Source: Rhodosorus marinus CCMP1338
Lineage: Eukaryota; Plantae; Rhodophyta
Direction: 5' to 3'
Length of the DNA: 64,000 bases
Assembly (NCBI GenBank): GCA_029953675.1
Contig: JAMWBK010000005.1
Location: 558,001 to 622,000, forward strand
Shown here: positions 59,042-64,000 of the stretch, one piece after another
Position numbering within the stretch: the first letter of the stretch is position 1
How the letters are laid out: each line of letters begins with the position of its first letter
Translations under genes and position numbers: made by a program
The notes under the pieces: generated by a model
The model's database searches: none
What the model saw: only the letters and a program-made list of their open reading frames with translations
Told to the model about the DNA's origin: nothing

Positions 59042-60519
59042 ATGGATAGTGCGGCTGTACAACAGGGCCAGATGGTGGAGATGACCACCTCGAATCTCGA
59101 GAGGACCGCGTTGCAGACGTTGACCGCACGATGTGTGGAAAATGGATATCGCCCAAACGCGCAAGAAACTTCAGTGATTAGGAAGTACGGAAATGTAGCG
59201 GCTCGAAACGGGATTATCTATGGCGGTGGGTGAGTTTTATTCGTTCTTTGTCCCGAAAGCTGCTGTGGAGAACGCGAGACGAGAAGATCGAAGTATTTGA
59301 ACAAGTTGCTCCTCTTCCGAATGTGGCGCAGGACCATCATTGCAACTGGCGTAACTATGGGAACGTTCCTCAAGGGTTACCGAGTTACTCGATGGCGGTG
59401 GCCGATTGGATTCATCATAGGGAATTTCATGGTAGATTTTGCTAACCGGGGCATAAAAAGGGGCTACTTACAGGATCTACTCAAACTGCAAGATACCCCC
59501 ATGGCCAACGAAGCTAAAATCGTAATTGAGGAGCTTGAAGGCAAGAACGGTCCATGGTATAGACAATATGGACCTTCGGTAAGACCAATACAATCATCCC
59601 CGACGCCTGCATAGTTCTTTTGCTTCGTGTACACTGAGATCTGAACCTCATTTGCTTCATCAAACACTTGCCCATACAGACTTATGATACCGGTGGTTTT
59701 GACCAAGGAACATCCGGGGCACCTATTGAGCGTGTTGCTGGCAGTGGCGGTAGGCAGAAACCAAGAGGACGGCCGCTTGGACAAAGGGACTGGGATCCTG
59801 CTAGTCAACGACAGGAAAATATGCCTGAAAACTTGCCAAACGAGAGGCCCATTCAACCTCCAATCCAAGGTCGAACTGACCCCGGTCCTTACGGACGAAC
59901 CGATTCTGATTCGTTTGGAACGAGAGATCGAAGTAGGAAGAGTTATGGACTGGACGAATACGATAATCGTAGAACGCCAGAGCCTGCAGAATATGGAAGA
60001 CATGAGGACTCGGATATCAGTACTAGATCTCGTGCTCCGAACTCCGATTATCCCTTATCTGATCACGTAGGTGGAGATTACCCTGGTCAAAGTGGGTAAG
60101 TGACCTCGAAACAAACCTCCTTAGCTCTCTTGAGATGGGTTTGCTTCTTTCCAGTACATTCGTCATTGTGCTTAGCAGGATGTTCTTTCGTCTTTCTGCT
60201 CTTTAGAGCACAAAGTTGGGACTCGGGGGGAGATTTCGTATCCAGTGAGGAAAAGAGCTATGGCGGGTATGGTGGCTATGGAGGAGATTCCGGCTATTCA
60301 GATGATCGGAATCGATACTCTGATCCGTTCGGTAGTGGCGGTAATTCGGGGATGTCAACACGGGAAAATGGCTACGATGGCTTCTCCGGAGAGTCCTCAA
60401 CAACACTAACTGGCGCCCAAAGGCGTGCCTTGGAACGAAGGCAAAAACGAGAGGAGCGGCACCAACGGAACCTTCATTATGATGACTCGGGCTCTGCGGA
60501 TGATGATGTGCTACGCTGA
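59042..60519 (+). CDS. Uncharacterised membrane protein (hydrophobic hairpin + long Gly/Ser/Asp/Tyr-rich tail), possibly OCIA-domain-like, 4 exons
   Basis: Four ORFs joined by GTGAG/GTAAG donors; two hydrophobic segments, then LLKLQDTPMANEAK and a disordered tail ending DDDVLR*. Confidence 0.7.
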
Positions 60520-60964
60520 AGTATCCAGATCGACGGGTTTCACCCCCGATCTCGAAATACTGAGCAAGACTGGATGAAGGTACGCGCTGGAGACTCTGCC
60601 CCGCGTTGTAAGTAGCAGCTGCGGGTCGCCATGGTCAGATCCAGGGATCGAAGAAGTCTCTCTTCTTAGAGGTTTTGTGATTGGCATGCAGGACGGCTTC
60701 CCACGCGGACGATATACACTTATATTTAACTCCATGGGAAGCTGCATGCTCCTATCAGATAATATCAATGAACAATCAATTACGTCTAGCACAATCTAGT
60801 ATTCATGAGCGCAGTTGTCACATGGTAAGCCAGCGACTCCCTAGCACAGCTATGGAGCATGCTCTTGTCCTATCTCGTGCAAACTTCCACAGTGAAGGTA
60901 CCCCATAATGGGTAGGGTTATTTTGTTTCGGTGAACGCCTCGGTTCAGTAGGAAGACATGAAAA

Positions 60965-62311
60965 CTACTCCGAGTCGCTGCTGTCTCTCTCGGGTATGAC
61001 TCCTCGCAGGCGGTAGTCGTCAGACATCTCCTTCCCACTGGATTCTTCCTCTTCCGGATCGTAGCTGTTGTCGGTGGAGTCCTCCTCTTCGAGCACGGTG
61101 AACCCTGCCGGGGGAGCCGAGCTTGATCCTGGTGCAGTGTAGAGAGCGACAGATTTGAGTGAACTGTGACAGGCGATTGGAAGACAGTCAACCCATGAAC
61201 TTACCACCAGCCTTGGACGACGAGCTTGCTCCAGCAACCCCTGAACTTCCGGCTGGACCTTGAGAAGACGATCCAACGCCATCACGTTTTCTCTTCTCGG
61301 CAGACAGGTTCGACAGGTACTTTTGGATCGGGCTCAGTTCTGATTTCTCCAAGCCAGAGAATTCTATCTGTGGAGGGTGAAAGAATACCAGAATAGAACA
61401 GATCGCCCAGTCCGACTCGTTAAGCAAGAGGTCTTGCTTGCGTACTCGAGCCATCTGTCTGCGGGGCTGCTCACCTTCCCATCATGTTTCGTCGTTATCT
61501 TTAGTTCAAACGAGCTCACTGCACTGGATTCAATTCCAGCGTCCTCAATTTCTCCGGCCGGAATGAAGGTGGTGGGTTTATGGATGAAGAAGAATCCATT
61601 CTGGGTTGGGTACAGAAGGCCCTGACTCGCTTTGACTCGACAGGATACCATGTATCGTCCACTGTAAGAAAGAAATTGTCTTGTTGTACACTAAGCAAAC
61701 CAGGGCAGGAAACACGTTGATGCCTTTAGCATCTGAGAGCCCTCAAACCGCGTTTCGAATGTGGGTATTTGACGTGCTCTTACAATAGATCTTTCAGCAA
61801 CACCCACAGAATCCAGCAGTTCCGTAACTGCAGTGTACAAGTTTCGAGATTGTTGGTCATTGATCTCATTAACGACCTCGATGGACTCCCGATATCCGGC
61901 GGAGATGTACTTTGTCATTGACCTTCCAACTTGGTGCGGTTCCTTCAAGACAAATAGCAAGGTGCTGGTGCCAGATTTGGACTCTGGAGGTAGTACTGCC
62001 AATAGCCGAATCTTCGAGTACTCGACTTCTGCAAGAAGTTCTTCACGTCTTGCCGCTGGAGATACCATTAAGGCGGAGGTGCCAAATATCAATTCACTCT
62101 TTCCTCGGGGCAGGAGCATTTGGACCTCAAAGCTGGCCCTTGCTCCTTCATCTTTAGTTCTCATTCGTTTCGGGGCGTTCTTTGGTTGATCTCCATGATT
62201 CGTTGCCGACTTAAGCAGATCCAATACCAGTTCAGCTCGACGAGCCGCATCAGCGCAATCAACCAATTCGGTAACCTGGTATAGAGATCGGGGTGGATCA
62301 GCGATTTTCAT
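60965..62311 (-). CDS. Rtt106/SSRP1-type double-PH histone chaperone-like protein with acidic tail, multi-exon
   Basis: FEVQMLLPRGK (cf. SSRP1 TPRGR); VSCRVKASQGLLYPTQNGFFFIHKPTTFI...SSFELKITTK...IEFSGLEKSE (Rtt106/PH2 motif); acidic C-terminus EEEDSTDNSYDPEEEESS. Confidence 0.8.
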
Positions 62312-63740
62312 TCCGGAGAAAGCAGTTGATCAGCTTCTCCTACTTCTCAGAAAAACTCTCAAAGCCTTTCATAAGCAAAAGCAATCAAAGACTGTACTCT
62401 AAGATAAAGTTCCAAAGAGCTGATTCAATGCTTCTTCTTTCTCACCTTCTTTCTCAGCTGAGGGTTCGCATTGAGATATTCATCAAGCTCCTTCAACATG
62501 GCTATTTCTCAACTAAGAAAAGAAACTGAATCGATGATAAAAGAGGATCAGATTCGGTGTTCTTCAGTCTTCTCAACTTTCCATTCTTATCCCCATCCCC
62601 ATTTCCGCTGAACCTAAATCGACCGATCACTGGAAAATGGGACACTAAAAAAATCTCTCCAACTGAAGAGCAAGTTGTCCAACATTTCGGGTCGATAGAC
62701 AGAGCTTGGCGAGCGGGACAGAGGAGCTTATTCAGTCCTCCAAGGTTTCCTGTTTTCAATCTCTCCTGGACCTTTTGATACTGCTCTGTCTAGTCATAGA
62801 GGAATCTGACTGTTGGATTCGGCATTCTAGCGGTGCTGCCTCTGAAGTCAAGATTTTGGCGGCAACACCTTGCTATTTGTCTTGAAAGAACCTCATCAAC
62901 CCTAAACAATCATTCGCTGGAAATTCAATGACAACGTACACATTTGCTGCATGTCATGAGTGCACTGGGCTCTGCGATCATACCAAGGATCAACAATCGC
63001 GAAGCTATACGCTGGTTGTTCTCAGGACCGAACCTCTGGCCTGAATGGACGATCCAATGTACGTACGGAAAGGATTGTTGAATGAGTATCGATGGACTGC
63101 GTCGATTAGCACAGCAATACGACTTGTTGGCAGCGGTGACCGCGAACCAAATCAATTCGTTCGCGTTGCCTCCTGAAGACGTGCAGCCGAAATGTGCTCA
63201 TCGCACGGGGTTTGCTGGAAATGGCAACCATGTGGGTCCTAGAGTCCGCATGCGTTAGCCGCTCCATGCATCAACCTGGAAGGATCATGTGTCGCTTCAG
63301 GATGAGACCGTCTTCATTTTGGGCTACATAGGACAAGGCCAAGCAGGGCTGTATTGCCCCATCAGAACATCAACGAGCGCGGAGTTACCAGCGGTGGCTC
63401 GGGTGACATTCAATGTGGTCATCAAATGTTCAAAGGGTTAGTACAGTTAATGTCTGTACTAACCTTTTCAACGAAGGAAACGTGAGAACCCCATGGGGAT
63501 ATGCCCTGACAGCCGTTGGAAACCATCGGTCTTCATCAGCTTCTAGTTTGCAGGTTCTATAATTTATTCCAGTTCTCGGCCGTGGATCTGCTTGCGCAGT
63601 GAGTCACTCCCTCGAGGTTCAGGAAATCCTTTCAAACAGCCTAACAGTTACGCATGTTTTCGGATTGCCCGATTTGGTGAAATGAGTCGACGGAAGTTAA
63701 GAGGGCGAGCTGGAGGTTAGGAAAACAGAGATTGAAAGTG

Positions 63741-64000
63741 TTAGATCTTAATCAGCACCGCTCCGTTGGGGCTATCCTTGATCTGGTAACCCTCGGCGGC
63801 AATCTGGTCGCGAATTTGGTCAGCTAGAGAAAAGTCTTTAGACTTTCTGGCCTCTGTGCGCTGCACCAAAAGTTCCTGAAGAGCGTCTGGGATAACTTGG
63901 TCTGTACCATCTGTACCATCTTCGTCAGAGACGTTTCCGACAGTTGGGACTTTGTAAAAAACACCCAAAACCCGATCAAAATCAAGGATGCAGTCGTCCA
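63741..64000 (-). CDS. cysS: Cysteinyl-tRNA synthetase, C-terminal exon (gene continues beyond window)
   Basis: LDFDRVLGVF...ELLVQRTEARKSKDFSLADQIRDQIAAEGYQIKDSPNG is the CysRS anticodon-binding C-terminus. Confidence 0.85.
   Translation of the reverse strand, partial: DDCILDFDRVLGVFYKVPTVGNVSDEDGTDGTDQVIPDALQELLVQRTEARKSKDFSLADQIRDQIAAEGYQIKDSPNGAVLIKI

Noticed and set aside
62557-63570. Unidentified multi-exon gene between the Rtt106-like gene and CysRS
   Set aside because: Strand and frame could not be determined; recorded only through the 63432-63468 hairpin finding.

Overview
Gene-dense eukaryotic nuclear DNA with many short (~40-110 nt) GT-AG introns; no prokaryotic operons or CRISPR arrays. 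Plastid-type presequences (MGFVFAG, MVAGFV, MAVFGFV, MVVGFV), a Deg1-like protease, a CPLD49-like protein, PPR genes and a retained GATOR1 subunit suggest an intron-rich alga, most plausibly a unicellular red alga (inference, not proven). About 19 genes are recognisable: UTP14, a multi-exon FolB not resolved by the ORF track, two PPR genes, EPC/EPL1, F-box/LRR, a HhH-GPD glycosylase, DEPDC5/IML1, Deg protease, a saccharopine-dehydrogenase-like protein, an SDR, an Rtt106-like protein and the 3' end of CysRS. Four unusual domain fusions stand out: (1) an organelle-targeted single-chain SbcD-SbcC (Mre11-Rad50-like) nuclease-ATPase; (2) a PCMT/PCMTD-like isoaspartyl-methyltransferase domain fused to BTB; (3) a PB1 + His/Pro/Met repeat + peptidoglycan-binding-domain protein; (4) a bHLH-GAF transcription factor. 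Intergenic DNA carries several unrelated tandem arrays with ~175-250 bp units and several near-perfect hairpins. All gene models were spliced by eye and need RNA-seq confirmation.
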